From contig CAVOHZ010000010.1 in assembly GCA_963695855.1 (NCBI GenBank), positions 1,184,001 through 1,248,000 of the forward strand: a DNA stretch of 64,000 bases. The letters run 5' to 3'. Origin of the DNA: an uncultured Nitrososphaerales archaeon (GTDB taxonomy: Archaea > Thermoproteota > Nitrososphaeria > Nitrososphaerales > Nitrososphaeraceae). Position numbers and translations under genes: made by a program. This document shows, one piece after another, positions 32,851 through 43,015 of this stretch. Numbering within the stretch: the stretch's first letter is position 1; each line of letters opens with the position of its first letter. The notes below the pieces were generated by a model. The model did no database searches. It saw only the letters and a program-made list of their open reading frames with translations, and was not told the DNA's origin.

Positions 32851-33033
32851 TATATAATAGTTTCAGTACAACTTTATAGTAATTATTAATCTAATTAAAT
32901 TATAAGTCTCATATATAATAGTTTCAGTACAACTTTATAGTAATTATTAATCTAATTAAATTATAAGTCTCATATATAATAGTTTCAGTACAACTTTATA
33001 GTAATTATTAATCTAATTAAATTATAAGTCTCA
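32851..33033. repeat. Exact 61-bp tandem triplication in the promoter region of the CHRD gene
   Basis: Units at 32851, 32912 and 32973 beginning TATATAATAGTTTCAGTAC. Confidence 0.97.
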
Positions 33034-33383
33034 TTACAATTAATTATCTTTTACAAAGTTTTTATATCATAATTCGTTTCTGGCAAAGACAAATTTTTTC
33101 TTAACGACTTGCCTGCTCTGACCTCCAACATCCAAATAGCGTTTCTGTTATTGTAGTAAAAAAAGAAATCCTTTATTCTATTAGTTACTACTATATTGGA
33201 TTGTTATGACAAAATTTGTTGAAATGGACGAGAGAGTAAAATTTAAGGATCAGATTGAAGAAAAATAAATAGCGAGTTCGGTAATTCTGATAAATAAATT
33301 CAATGTAGAACCAGAAAAGGTTGAACAGTACCATTTTAAGATTTAATGATTCTTATCCAAAATATGTGAAGCTAATTGGTTGA

Positions 33384-33403
33384 CGGGCTCGGAGGGCTTC
33401 GAA
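33384..33403 (-). other. tRNA 3'-end fragment (candidate att site)
   Basis: Minus strand TTCGAAG-CCCTC-CGAGCCC-G equals T-loop, 3' T-stem, 3' acceptor stem and discriminator; the 5' part of the tRNA is absent. Confidence 0.6.
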
Positions 33404-33835
33404 TTTCAATTATAACAGGGTTTGGTTACATAATATATTAACCTTATTTGGTAAAATGATTATCTCTATAAATGAGATTTATGGAAGTCTAATAATGGAT
33501 CTCATTTAGTCAGTGTGTTGAGGATAATTCTCCGGTTGATGTCGGGATTGGAGCTGTAGGAAAATGATGTTATTGTAGAACGACTTGAAACCATTAATTA
33601 TTGAATACATGATTTCTATTTTTATAATTAACATATAGTATACCGTAACGTTTATCGGCTACTTATAACAAGTAAATATTCCAATGTCTTCTATCACGTT
33701 TCGATCATCATTAAAGAAGATGATTAATAACTATAAGTTGAAACCCTTATTAAAAGAAGAGGCATTAAAGGATATTGACGGACTTAAAGAAGATTTAGGA
33801 ATAAAAAATTTTAGACTGACGAAAAATCGTATTAA

Positions 33836-34720
33836 TTATAGAAAATCAGTAATCAAATGATTTTCACTATTTTTAATTAATTTGATAATCTCTTTTTTGT
33901 ATGAATTTTCTGTAGGTATTTTAAAAAATTCACAAAATTTATTTAGAAATTTTATCTCTTCCTGTAACAAAAAATTCTCATCCAAAACATTAGTTCCAAA
34001 TCTGAATAGATAGTTAAACACCAGTTTCTGGTTTATCGTTTCTAGTGTAACCAGACTTTTATATATTTTATCTATGTCACTAAATTTTTTTGTTACTTTA
34101 CTATCGAGTAGTAACTTGTTAAAACTTCTCTTTGGAATACTAAATATTCCGTTCGTTACGAATCTATCGAATACAGACAGTACTTCAAAAAAATCATCTT
34201 TACCTGTATATCCTATAATTGTTGTTGGAAGAAGTTTTAACAGATGAAGATTCTTGGAAATATGTTTCTTATCAAGTACTAAAAATGACCGACCAAAGGT
34301 TAGGATAGCATTTAATATTTGATTAGGAAGACGTTCATCAAGTACATCACTATCTGATTTTACTTCTACTGGAATAAACGTTAATTTTTTTATACTGCAT
34401 TTTTCTTGTTTAGCTATTTGAATAAACTGATGGGTTCGCATACGAATGTTCTGATAAAAATCATCATCACGCCCTTGGTCTTGAAAGAAAAGGTCATTTC
34501 TGGCGGTACCAATATAGGTATTATCCGTATATCTTTGATTCTTTTTATTTTTATGAACAATTACAATTACAAAGTCAAAATTGCCAAAATATGCTTCCTC
34601 CTTTATCTTTATTTGATGAGATTGATAATCTGAAATATGGATAGGAAGATGATGATTATTTTGAATATGTCTGTTTTTAATTGAACTTTTAAATAGTTGT
34701 TTAAGTTCTGTTTCATTCAT
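33836..34720 (-). CDS. Putative PD-(D/E)XK nuclease, MmcB/sce7726-like
   Basis: E...FD.V...FIPVEVKSDSDVLDERLPNQI matches the E(I/V)KS..D....RL..Q pattern. Confidence 0.6.
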   Translation of the reverse strand: MNETELKQLFKSSIKNRHIQNNHHLPIHISDYQSHQIKIKEEAYFGNFDFVIVIVHKNKKNQRYTDNTYIGTARNDLFFQDQGRDDDFYQNIRMRTHQFIQIAKQEKCSIKKLTFIPVEVKSDSDVLDERLPNQILNAILTFGRSFLVLDKKHISKNLHLLKLLPTTIIGYTGKDDFFEVLSVFDRFVTNGIFSIPKRSFNKLLLDSKVTKKFSDIDKIYKSLVTLETINQKLVFNYLFRFGTNVLDENFLLQEEIKFLNKFCEFFKIPTENSYKKEIIKLIKNSENHLITDFL

Positions 34721-34847
34721 GGATTGGTAACTATAATGGATTCATTTAGTAAATAATAATTATAGTATATCAATAATATTTGACTTGATGTAAAGATTTC
34801 TGGTATCTTATATACAACTTCATATAGCAATACTTTTATAATTTCAT

Positions 34848-34864
34848 TACCGTAAAGTACGGTA
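34848..34864. promoter_or_regulatory. Palindromic operator TACCGTA-AAG-TACGGTA
   Basis: Perfect 7-bp arms; lies after TTTTATAA (34834-34841) and overlaps the A of the ATG at 34864. Confidence 0.7.
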
Positions 34865-35442
34865 TGAAAACGGTGTTACACTATACAAAACCGTTAACTG
34901 CCTATGAATATTTGAATATACTGACTTTCCATATAAACAACGAATCTATTGAATTAAGATATGGTGACAAGATTTCCTTTGTAGATTGTGATGAATTAGT
35001 TAGTGATATAATTGTTAAAGGATTACTTCCAAAAAGATATGGTGGTCTAGAATCTTCAAATGTACTTGTTATTACAAGTAATAATAGATTTGATTTTTAT
35101 CAATGTATAAATCTCGCAAAGAAAAAGTATGGGATGGATGTCAATGAGGTTTTAGACCATGTAATAATTACCAGAGTGTTTACCATTTATCAATTAGCAG
35201 AGACATTAATTCATGAACTTTTTGAATTAATGGAAAAATTCCAATCAAAATTATTAGTTATTATTTCTGATCTATTTCTCTTGAATTCGGTCAACCAGCA
35301 AATAGAACAAGAAGAGAAAGATTGGATTGTTAAACAGATTACAAAATCACTAAATAATATTAACAATTCTATTGTAACCATTTTCTCTTCTATCACTATG
35401 CCAGATTTCAAGAATCATAAAAAACTCACAAAAAAGAGATAG
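34864..35442 (+). CDS. Truncated, inactive RadA/Rad51-like protein (PolB2-associated)
   Basis: LPKRYGGL..V.VI...RFD...GMD..EVLDHVIITRVFT.YQ..LLVIISD resembles the RadA core; no Walker A. Confidence 0.75.
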   Translation: MKTVLHYTKPLTAYEYLNILTFHINNESIELRYGDKISFVDCDELVSDIIVKGLLPKRYGGLESSNVLVITSNNRFDFYQCINLAKKKYGMDVNEVLDHVIITRVFTIYQLAETLIHELFELMEKFQSKLLVIISDLFLLNSVNQQIEQEEKDWIVKQITKSLNNINNSIVTIFSSITMPDFKNHKKLTKKR

Positions 35443-35455
35443 AACGTGAATATAA

Positions 35456-35953
35456 ATGGGTAGAACTATTCCCTCATTTAGAATAGCAATTGATCTCGAA
35501 CAAAAGGAATGGAAATCATATCAAAAATATCTGAATCTAGAAAAGAGAAAATTATTTAGAGAAATGTTTTCAATTGCCAGGTTATACAATTCTGCTTGTT
35601 CTTATTGTAGTAATCCCATTAGAATATATCCTATTTTATTATCTATTATTTTTAATCAATACAAGTCTTTAAAAAAAAAAGACGAATGTGATATCAAGAT
35701 GAATCTATTTCCATATGAAGATATACTAACAAAAGAGATAGACTCATGGAAAAGTTATTCAGACTGTCTGAGAAAAAAAGACAGAGAACTATTTGATCAG
35801 ATGCTAAAAAATTCTTACCAATATTCAGAATCTATCAGTGCAAAAGGAAGGGATTATTCAACCGAATCTCTATTAATGACACTTTTATTTGAACAATACA
35901 AGCGAACAACATCTACTACTGTTTCTACTATGGATGGAGTGACTACAATTTAG
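35456..35953 (+). CDS. arCOG07300-like PolB2 partner with tandemly duplicated domain
   Basis: MGRTIPSFR start; two copies of E...WKSY..L....R.LF..M......Y..(A/S).S....LL..F.QYK. Confidence 0.75.
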   Translation: MGRTIPSFRIAIDLEQKEWKSYQKYLNLEKRKLFREMFSIARLYNSACSYCSNPIRIYPILLSIIFNQYKSLKKKDECDIKMNLFPYEDILTKEIDSWKSYSDCLRKKDRELFDQMLKNSYQYSESISAKGRDYSTESLLMTLLFEQYKRTTSTTVSTMDGVTTI

Positions 35954-36000
35954 TTAAAATAACTGGATGGATTTTTGACGCTTACCGTTTAGATAACAAA

Positions 36001-38175
36001 ATGGTTTTTTGGATTAAAGATTCCAAAAATAATACAATAAAAATAGAAGACACCAAATGGAACAATTATTTTTATTTAGCAACCAATAATATCTCTAATT
36101 TAGAACAGATATGTAATCTTAGAGAGACAGAAGATTTCATTAAAAAAACTGAATACGTATATAGATATGAGAAAATAACAGACGATGAAAAATCCAAAGT
36201 ATTAAAGATATACACACAATATATTGGAAGCAATGTAAAACTTGCAAATATAATAGAAAGGAAAATAATAAAAGTATCTGGAGGATTTCAATTATACAAT
36301 ATAGATCTTTTACCAGTACAACATTATTTTTATGAACATGATTTATTTCCATGTGGCACCTTTGATGTTGAAGAGTCCCCGTATGGATTATTTTGGAAAG
36401 TACTTGATAATGATTGTGTATCTTTGACAGATTATATTGTACCAAATTTTAGAAATATTTATTTAAAGATTCACTTTCAAAAAGGAGGGATACCACGATT
36501 ATCAGATAAATTAAAACATATTACTATTACTACAACTTGTGACAAAGAATCAAAAATAAATATTCAAAATGAATCAGAAGATGAAATAATTATACAGTTA
36601 TCCAAGATAGTAAAAAAATTAGATCCTGATATAATTATAACAGAGAATGGAGATTCATTTCTTTTTCCCTATCTAATTCATAGGGCATCAGAAAATAATC
36701 TGGATTTGGTACTTGGTAGAGATTCTAATGTCACACTAAAAAAACCTACGAGAAACGGCGTTTCGTATTTTTCATATGGTAGAACATACTATAAACCATC
36801 TAGCATCAGATTTTATGGTAGATGGCATATAGATACTAGTTCCTCTTTTCTTTGGAGAGAAACTCAAGATATCCATGGACTTGTTGAGATTTCTAGACTA
36901 TCAAGACTTCCCTTGCATGAGACCTCAAGAGCAACAATTGGTAAATGCTTGACAAGTTTTCATCTGTATAATGCAACGAAAAAAGGTATTCTCGTACCCT
37001 GGAAACCAACAATGTCAGAATATCCAAAAACATTAAGAGAACTTTTTATTGCTGATAGAGGAGGTCTCATACTGGAACCAGAAATTGGAGTTCATGAAAA
37101 AGTAGCCGAATTTGATTTTGTATCTTTATATCCAAATATAATATACAAAAAGAATATCTCAGCGGAGACAATTCGATGTCAATGTTGTTACTTAGATTCA
37201 AATAACAAAATACCTGAATTAAACTATCACATCTGTAAAAGAAAGGACGGATTGATCCCAAAATCACTGGAACTAGTTCTCAAAAAAAGGTTGCATTATA
37301 AACAATTGAAAAAGACAACTCTTAATGATAAACTAAAAAAAATATATAATGCAAGACAATCTGCATTAAAATGGATTCTTGTAACGTCTTTTGGTTATCT
37401 TGGATTTAGTAATGCAAAATTTGGAAGAATCGATGCACATATTGCAGTTTGTGCTTTTGCTAGAAATATTCTTCTTGAATCAGTAAAGATAGCAGAAGAA
37501 TTAGGATTCGAAGTTTTACATGGAATTGTAGATTCAATATGGATAAAAAAAGAAAATGCTACAAAAAATGATTATATCAAATTAAAAAACAGTATTGAAG
37601 AAAGAACCGGCTTTGAAATATCCTTTGAAGGTGTCTATAAATGGATCGCCTTTCTATCTTCTGAACAAGACAATCGCATTCCTGTTACAAATAGATACTT
37701 TGGTGTTTTTGAAGATGGAACATTGAAAATGAGAGGGATTGAAACGAGAAGACACGATACGCCATTATTTTTTTCAAATTTTCAACAAAATATTCTTGAG
37801 ATTCTTGCAAGTGCTAATAATAGACAGGAACTAAGACAAAAATTGTCAGAAATCCATTTTCTTTATAAAAAATACTTATTGCTACTTAGAGAAAGAAAAG
37901 TATCAATAGAAGATTTAATTTTTACAAAACAATTGTCTAAAAATTATGATGAATATGAAAATAGAAATACCATTGAAAATAATGTATTAAAGATTCTAAC
38001 ATCTAACAAAGAATTTCCAAAGGCAGGTCAACTTCTAAAATATGTAATAACTTATTATCCAAGACGGAAAGCAATACCATTACAACTTGTAGATGATAAA
38101 ACTAGATATGATATAGATAGATATTCTGAAATGCTAACAGATATTTATGATTCAATTGTGAAAATCATAAATTAG
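36001..38175 (+). CDS. polB2: Family B DNA polymerase, PolB2/Dpo2 group
   Basis: Motif A DFVSLYP, motif B ALKWILVTSFGYLG, altered motif C HGIVDS, degenerate exonuclease; frame stays open upstream through ITGWIFDAY. Confidence 0.92.
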   Translation: MVFWIKDSKNNTIKIEDTKWNNYFYLATNNISNLEQICNLRETEDFIKKTEYVYRYEKITDDEKSKVLKIYTQYIGSNVKLANIIERKIIKVSGGFQLYNIDLLPVQHYFYEHDLFPCGTFDVEESPYGLFWKVLDNDCVSLTDYIVPNFRNIYLKIHFQKGGIPRLSDKLKHITITTTCDKESKINIQNESEDEIIIQLSKIVKKLDPDIIITENGDSFLFPYLIHRASENNLDLVLGRDSNVTLKKPTRNGVSYFSYGRTYYKPSSIRFYGRWHIDTSSSFLWRETQDIHGLVEISRLSRLPLHETSRATIGKCLTSFHLYNATKKGILVPWKPTMSEYPKTLRELFIADRGGLILEPEIGVHEKVAEFDFVSLYPNIIYKKNISAETIRCQCCYLDSNNKIPELNYHICKRKDGLIPKSLELVLKKRLHYKQLKKTTLNDKLKKIYNARQSALKWILVTSFGYLGFSNAKFGRIDAHIAVCAFARNILLESVKIAEELGFEVLHGIVDSIWIKKENATKNDYIKLKNSIEERTGFEISFEGVYKWIAFLSSEQDNRIPVTNRYFGVFEDGTLKMRGIETRRHDTPLFFSNFQQNILEILASANNRQELRQKLSEIHFLYKKYLLLLRERKVSIEDLIFTKQLSKNYDEYENRNTIENNVLKILTSNKEFPKAGQLLKYVITYYPRRKAIPLQLVDDKTRYDIDRYSEMLTDIYDSIVKIIN

Positions 38176-38627
38176 AAAGTCTATAAACGAGAAACTATAT
38201 TTTTCATTGTTTATCATATATAGTAAATGTAAAAGCATACATTAATTCTAATTCTGAATATGTATCCCAAATAAACAGCTGAATGAATACAACCAATTAG
38301 CAAATCATTTGTTATTATACTGCCTAACATAATTTAGTAAATCTTTTAAAACCCAGAAAATGGATTTTTTAAGCGTAGTAAACCTCACATATTAAGAAAA
38401 ATATGTAAACGAACTTTTGTTGGTTAGTATAGTACATTATGTCGATTGTTTTTATGTCATATGATCCGTTCTAATCAATATATGACAATAAAAATCTAAA
38501 TAATGCATTAGAGTCGGCAGCAGCAATGTACGTAATTAACAAATTTCTAAAAATCGGTGTATTGATTCAGAAAAGTGAAAAAAAGATAACTATAATGATA
38601 ACAATATAATAACAATAACATAACGCT

Positions 38628-38906
38628 ATGAGTCAGAAATCACTAATTTGTATATATACAAACAAAGACAGAAATGAATTTGCTATTGGGCTCAAGGGAG
38701 ACGAGAATTTTAGGGCAGTTACGAAAGTAGGTGAATTTTATACAAGATTTGTTGATGCTTTTGATCAGATGGTGGACGAGAAGGAAATTGATTGGAAACA
38801 GGAATTAAAGAAATGGATTACGGCTGCAAAGAAAAACGAAACCATATTTGTTGAAGTGGACCTGAGTGGTTGCTACGAAGTAACGGACAAACTTTATGAG
38901 GCGTAA
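38628..38906 (+). CDS. Hypothetical protein
   Basis: 92-aa ORF with higher GC than its flanks. Confidence 0.65.
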   Translation: MSQKSLICIYTNKDRNEFAIGLKGDENFRAVTKVGEFYTRFVDAFDQMVDEKEIDWKQELKKWITAAKKNETIFVEVDLSGCYEVTDKLYEA

Positions 38907-40111
38907 AGGAAATGAAAGACGGACCACGTCTTGCATGATATTTCAAGATATCTACACCTGTGGCTAAATCCTCTTCCGAATATCAATTCATGATAAAACA
39001 TATTAGGAGAACAAGTTGCAGAGCTGCAGGGAAAAATAATAGGTCAAAGGGTTCTGGATGTAGAGGGCCCTAGCGATATTAGTACTAACAGCAATAAGAC
39101 GAATAGTAAAAAATTTTTGTCTCCCTTGATTAATTAGGCTTGTATTTATTGTTTATTCTATAAATACGGACAAATATGTTTTTTATTTGTCTTAACTTCC
39201 TAGTACTCACCATTTAGAAGATTCCAGAAAATGGGAGCATTGCATCGTTAATATTGTATCGTTACAACAGGTAATACATAGAAATTAACTTGTTCATTGG
39301 AAATGCTATTACAACAAAAATTTTTATATCATCTTTATTTTTGATTATATATCCAAGTTTTTTAAAAATTAACTAATGTGGATTCAAAAAATTTGAGTGC
39401 TAACATTATAAATCCAACCGAATCCGCCTGAGATAATATGTTGTGTGGGTCTAAATATACAAGACCACCAAATTGATTTCTTTAGATTTTAACTTCAATA
39501 ACTTACCATCGAACTTTAATCCATAATAACGAGAAAACAAAACTAGTTTCTTGATATGATCTCAATCTATATAAGACTATTCAAACGATAAAATTACTTT
39601 TTATCCTTACTTTTTTATTCTATAGAAATCAAAGATAGTTTTTCAGGAAATTTGTGTGATAGTTTAAACTTTTTAAAAGTTTAATGAACATTCACGTTTC
39701 GTAAATACATCTTATGTTTTTCTGAATGACATTGTTTAGTACAAAAATAATCAATAAATATATAACACAATATTGGATCTGAATGAATCAATTTACTACA
39801 ATTACTACAATACAAAGAGACATTATTTTGACTAATATAAGTTGAAATAATTTTCATTTGTATAAATCTAATTTCATATCATTCATATTAAAATATTTTG
39901 GTCTATATTTTTGTGGCTAAAAAATTATTAATGTTAATCTGTATAAGAATATGACAGTATGACATATAATTAATATCATATATGGGAATAGGTTTTGGAT
40001 AAATATCATATTTTTCGGCGCCGAAAAAAATGGTTATCGTATATAAAAGTTTAGTAACGCTTTATTTATTATTAGAGGATCACATTTAAAAAGTATTTTT
40101 ACAATAAAGAT

Positions 40112-40582
40112 ATGATGTCACATATAAGACAAATAGTTGTTAAAATAGAAACAAGTGATATACCTGACGCAGGCACAAATGGTGAAGTATATTTAGGAGT
40201 AGGAGGAAGAGAATTTCGAGTTGATAAACCTGGAAATCAATTTAGTAGAGGTAATGTAGCTGCCCAAGCAGATGTCTTTATATTCGGCACAGAAGGCGGC
40301 ACAAATGCAAACGTAGAAAATCCAGATATTAACGATCCCCAAGCGACAAGGATGGAAACTAGTAGTGGAGAAGCCTATAACTTTCCAGTCTACATTAGAC
40401 TTGATCCTAAAAATGATCAGGATAATGATTGGAGCGTTCAAAGTGTAAATGTAGACATAAATGCTGCAGCAGCAGGGGGTCAAAATGCCAATTATAGATT
40501 TCCCGACAACACTATTCAGAATGGACCAGTATGGTTAGGTAGAAAATCAGGACTAACATTACTTCTAGAAAAACAACCCTAA
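40112..40582 (+). CDS. PLAT/LH2-like domain protein
   Basis: V.I.TS....AGTNG.VYL...G, F.RG..D.F, D.W....V.V, F....WL. Confidence 0.7.
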   Translation: MMSHIRQIVVKIETSDIPDAGTNGEVYLGVGGREFRVDKPGNQFSRGNVAAQADVFIFGTEGGTNANVENPDINDPQATRMETSSGEAYNFPVYIRLDPKNDQDNDWSVQSVNVDINAAAAGGQNANYRFPDNTIQNGPVWLGRKSGLTLLLEKQP

Positions 40583-40646
40583 AAATTCCACCTATTTTTT
40601 TATTTTTCTAACAATTTAAGACTCAGTTAAGGTATAAAAAAGAGAT

Positions 40647-40916
40647 ATGTTCTACTTTTCTATTTTGTTCCATGCTCAATATTGGAACGATTTTTTAACA
40701 TTTTATAATAACGCTGAATTAGATAAAATAAATGAATTTACAGAAGCGACAAGAATAAATCAAGAAAATACGAAATTGATGGAAGAGTTTAATAAACGAA
40801 GTAGTGAAAGCCATGAAAAATTTATGGAAACGCTTAGAAATATCCCTCACCAAGAGTGTGAGGGGCACTTTGTAATTGATCATTATGTACTGGAATGCCG
40901 GACCGTCTATGGGTAA
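40647..40916 (+). CDS. Hypothetical protein
   Basis: 89-aa ORF only. Confidence 0.45.
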   Translation: MFYFSILFHAQYWNDFLTFYNNAELDKINEFTEATRINQENTKLMEEFNKRSSESHEKFMETLRNIPHQECEGHFVIDHYVLECRTVYG

Positions 40917-41391
40917 GGTGAATCCGTTAGAGTATGAACATGAATATGTTATTAAATTCTCATATTAAAAATAAGATATTTCCTTGGATTAATGTTGAAA
41001 TGGCATCTGGCAATTTTATAGGAAGAGATAACTCATTTTTTGAAATCAACAAGAAAGAACAAACTATAGAATTTCTTATTACTAAAGTTAAAAGCTATGA
41101 TGAAGATCCAAATAATACATAACAACTTGGACAATTACTTTAACCCGTTAAGACTATTTTATAAATGGTTAAACAATCATGATAACGACATTGATCATGA
41201 AAGTTGGCAAACTCCTGAATTTATGAAGATAAAGAATAAAAAAAGTAAAAGAATAACTGCATATTTAGAAAGTGAAAATTGGGAAAAAAAGGAATATTAT
41301 CTATTATAAAATATGAACCTTATAAAGAAATAAGGCAGCTCTAACATTATTTTGGGATTTGAATGGAAGAAATCATGAATTGACTATACTT

Positions 41392-42325
41392 AGAACCTAT
41401 CCTAAAAATCGATAGGACTATAGCTCTTCATTTTTATAATCTTTATTTATACTACAATTGAACAAAAGGAAACGTCGAGAACAACAAGTTAAAACAATTA
41501 CACCTATTCCCGATGACCTATGGAATGAAATTAAAAATATTTTACCAGATGAGAAACCAGATAATACAATAGGTTGTCCGATTGTTCCATACAGAAAAGT
41601 ATTTGATGGTATCATGTTTATCCTGAGAACTGGATGTCAATGGAAAATGTACCCAAAGAATATGGTTCTGGTTCAACGTGCCACAGAAGATTTCAAGAAT
41701 GGAGAGAATCAGGTATATTTGATAAATTATGGACCAGATTACTAAAATTATACGATAACGCGAGAGGAATAAAATGGAACTGGCAATCACTTGACAGCAT
41801 ATCAGTAAAATCTCCTTTAGGGGGCGATGACTGGTCATAATCCTACAGATAGGAGTAAATTAGGAAGCAAAAGACATATTTTAACAGAAAGATGGTATTC
41901 CTCTTTCTACTTTTATAACATCAGTCAATACTCACGATGTTACCGTTGCAACAAATACAATTGATAATATTGTTATCAAAAGACCATCATCATCGATAAC
42001 AAAATACAGAAACAACAACAATAACAAGAGGAAGAAGAAAAAGCAGAATCTATGTCTTGATAAAGCATATCATTGCAAAGACCTAGAACAAGAAATTGTC
42101 AAAAGGGGATATATCCATCTCACATATTAGACACAGAAGAGAAGAAAAGAAACTCAACAAGAAACATCCTACAAGAAGATGGGTTGTAGAGAGAACAAAT
42201 TCATGGCATAACAGATTTAGGAAATTATTTACAAGGTATGAAAAGAAGGATGAGAACTAACTGGGTCTTGTACGGTTAGCAAATAGTATAATTGTTTACA
42301 GGAGGATAATTTTGGGATATGCTCT
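41392..42325 (+). mobile_element. Inactivated IS5-family element (IS427/IS1031-like)
   Basis: Imperfect IRs AGAACCTATCCTAAAA / TTTTGGGATATGCTCT. Fragments IPDDLW..LRTGCQW, GSGSTCHRRFQEW, SLDS, PTDRSKLGSKRH, LDKAY, RWVVERTNSWHNRFR, with several frameshifts and a stop. Confidence 0.9.
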
Positions 42326-42527
42326 TAATATCCTTATTGGAAAAATATTGAATTCTTTTCTTGAATTGGACCAAGCAGATATGAATTGCAATTGCATGGG
42401 TTTTACTTTTGATTTAATGAATTAATAGAATTTATATAAATATAATTGTCATTTATCTTACTAAAAGAAGGATTTGGCTAAAACCTTTCAATTTCCTTTT
42501 CTAAATCATTGGTATGATATCCATTAT

Positions 42528-42540
42528 TTCCGATTCGGAA
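42528..42540. promoter_or_regulatory. Palindromic operator TTCCGATTCGGAA (copy 1)
   Basis: Identical copy at 44941-44953; variant TTCCGAAATGGAA at 42601-42613. Confidence 0.65.
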
Positions 42541-42670
42541 AGTCATGATGATGATTATTAAAATAACATATTCATACCATAGAAATATCTCGTATATAGT
42601 TTCCGAAATGGAAAATAAAAACCAAAAATAATTCCGTAGAAAATATTATTGCAAATGGCGTAGTATAGTT

Positions 42671-42994
42671 ATGACTCAATTAAAAAATATAGATCTCTTC
42701 GAACTAGATAGAGTATTAGATGATATTGCAAAAACATATGCTGCACCTTCAGCGACTGTATGGTTTAAAGTAACCAATAATGGTAAACCTTCACAAGAAG
42801 AATATCATGAAAAGGTTATTGAATTTATAAAAAAATTTGAAAATTTGCTAATATCTTGTTTTCCAAATAATGAACATTCAGATTACATGAAAGAGTATAT
42901 TTCAAAAAATATAAGATATGGAATCTCTTCAATTAATGCAGGAAATAACAAGGAAGTAGAAAGGAGGTATCGATATTACGTCGATTACAATTAA
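42671..42994 (+). CDS. Hypothetical protein
   Basis: 107-aa ORF, probably co-transcribed with 43016-43612. Confidence 0.75.
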   Translation: MTQLKNIDLFELDRVLDDIAKTYAAPSATVWFKVTNNGKPSQEEYHEKVIEFIKKFENLLISCFPNNEHSDYMKEYISKNIRYGISSINAGNNKEVERRYRYYVDYN

Positions 42995-43015
42995 CAGGTA
43001 GGATGAATAAAAGAA

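Noticed and set aside
32851-33033. Mini CRISPR array
   Set aside because: Units are fully identical with no unique spacers; it is a plain tandem repeat.
33384-33403. Complete tRNA gene
   Set aside because: No D-arm, anticodon arm or 5' acceptor strand; kept only as an att-like fragment.
36001-38175. Casposon or other self-synthesising element (PolB in the same window as a CRISPR array)
   Set aside because: The polymerase is PolB2-type with its usual partners; no cas1 or terminal inverted repeats were seen, and the array is 33 kb away.
41820-41840. Programmed frameshift giving an active IS5 transposase
   Set aside because: Split ORFs at this point occur in this IS5 group, but extra frameshifts and a stop make this copy inactive.
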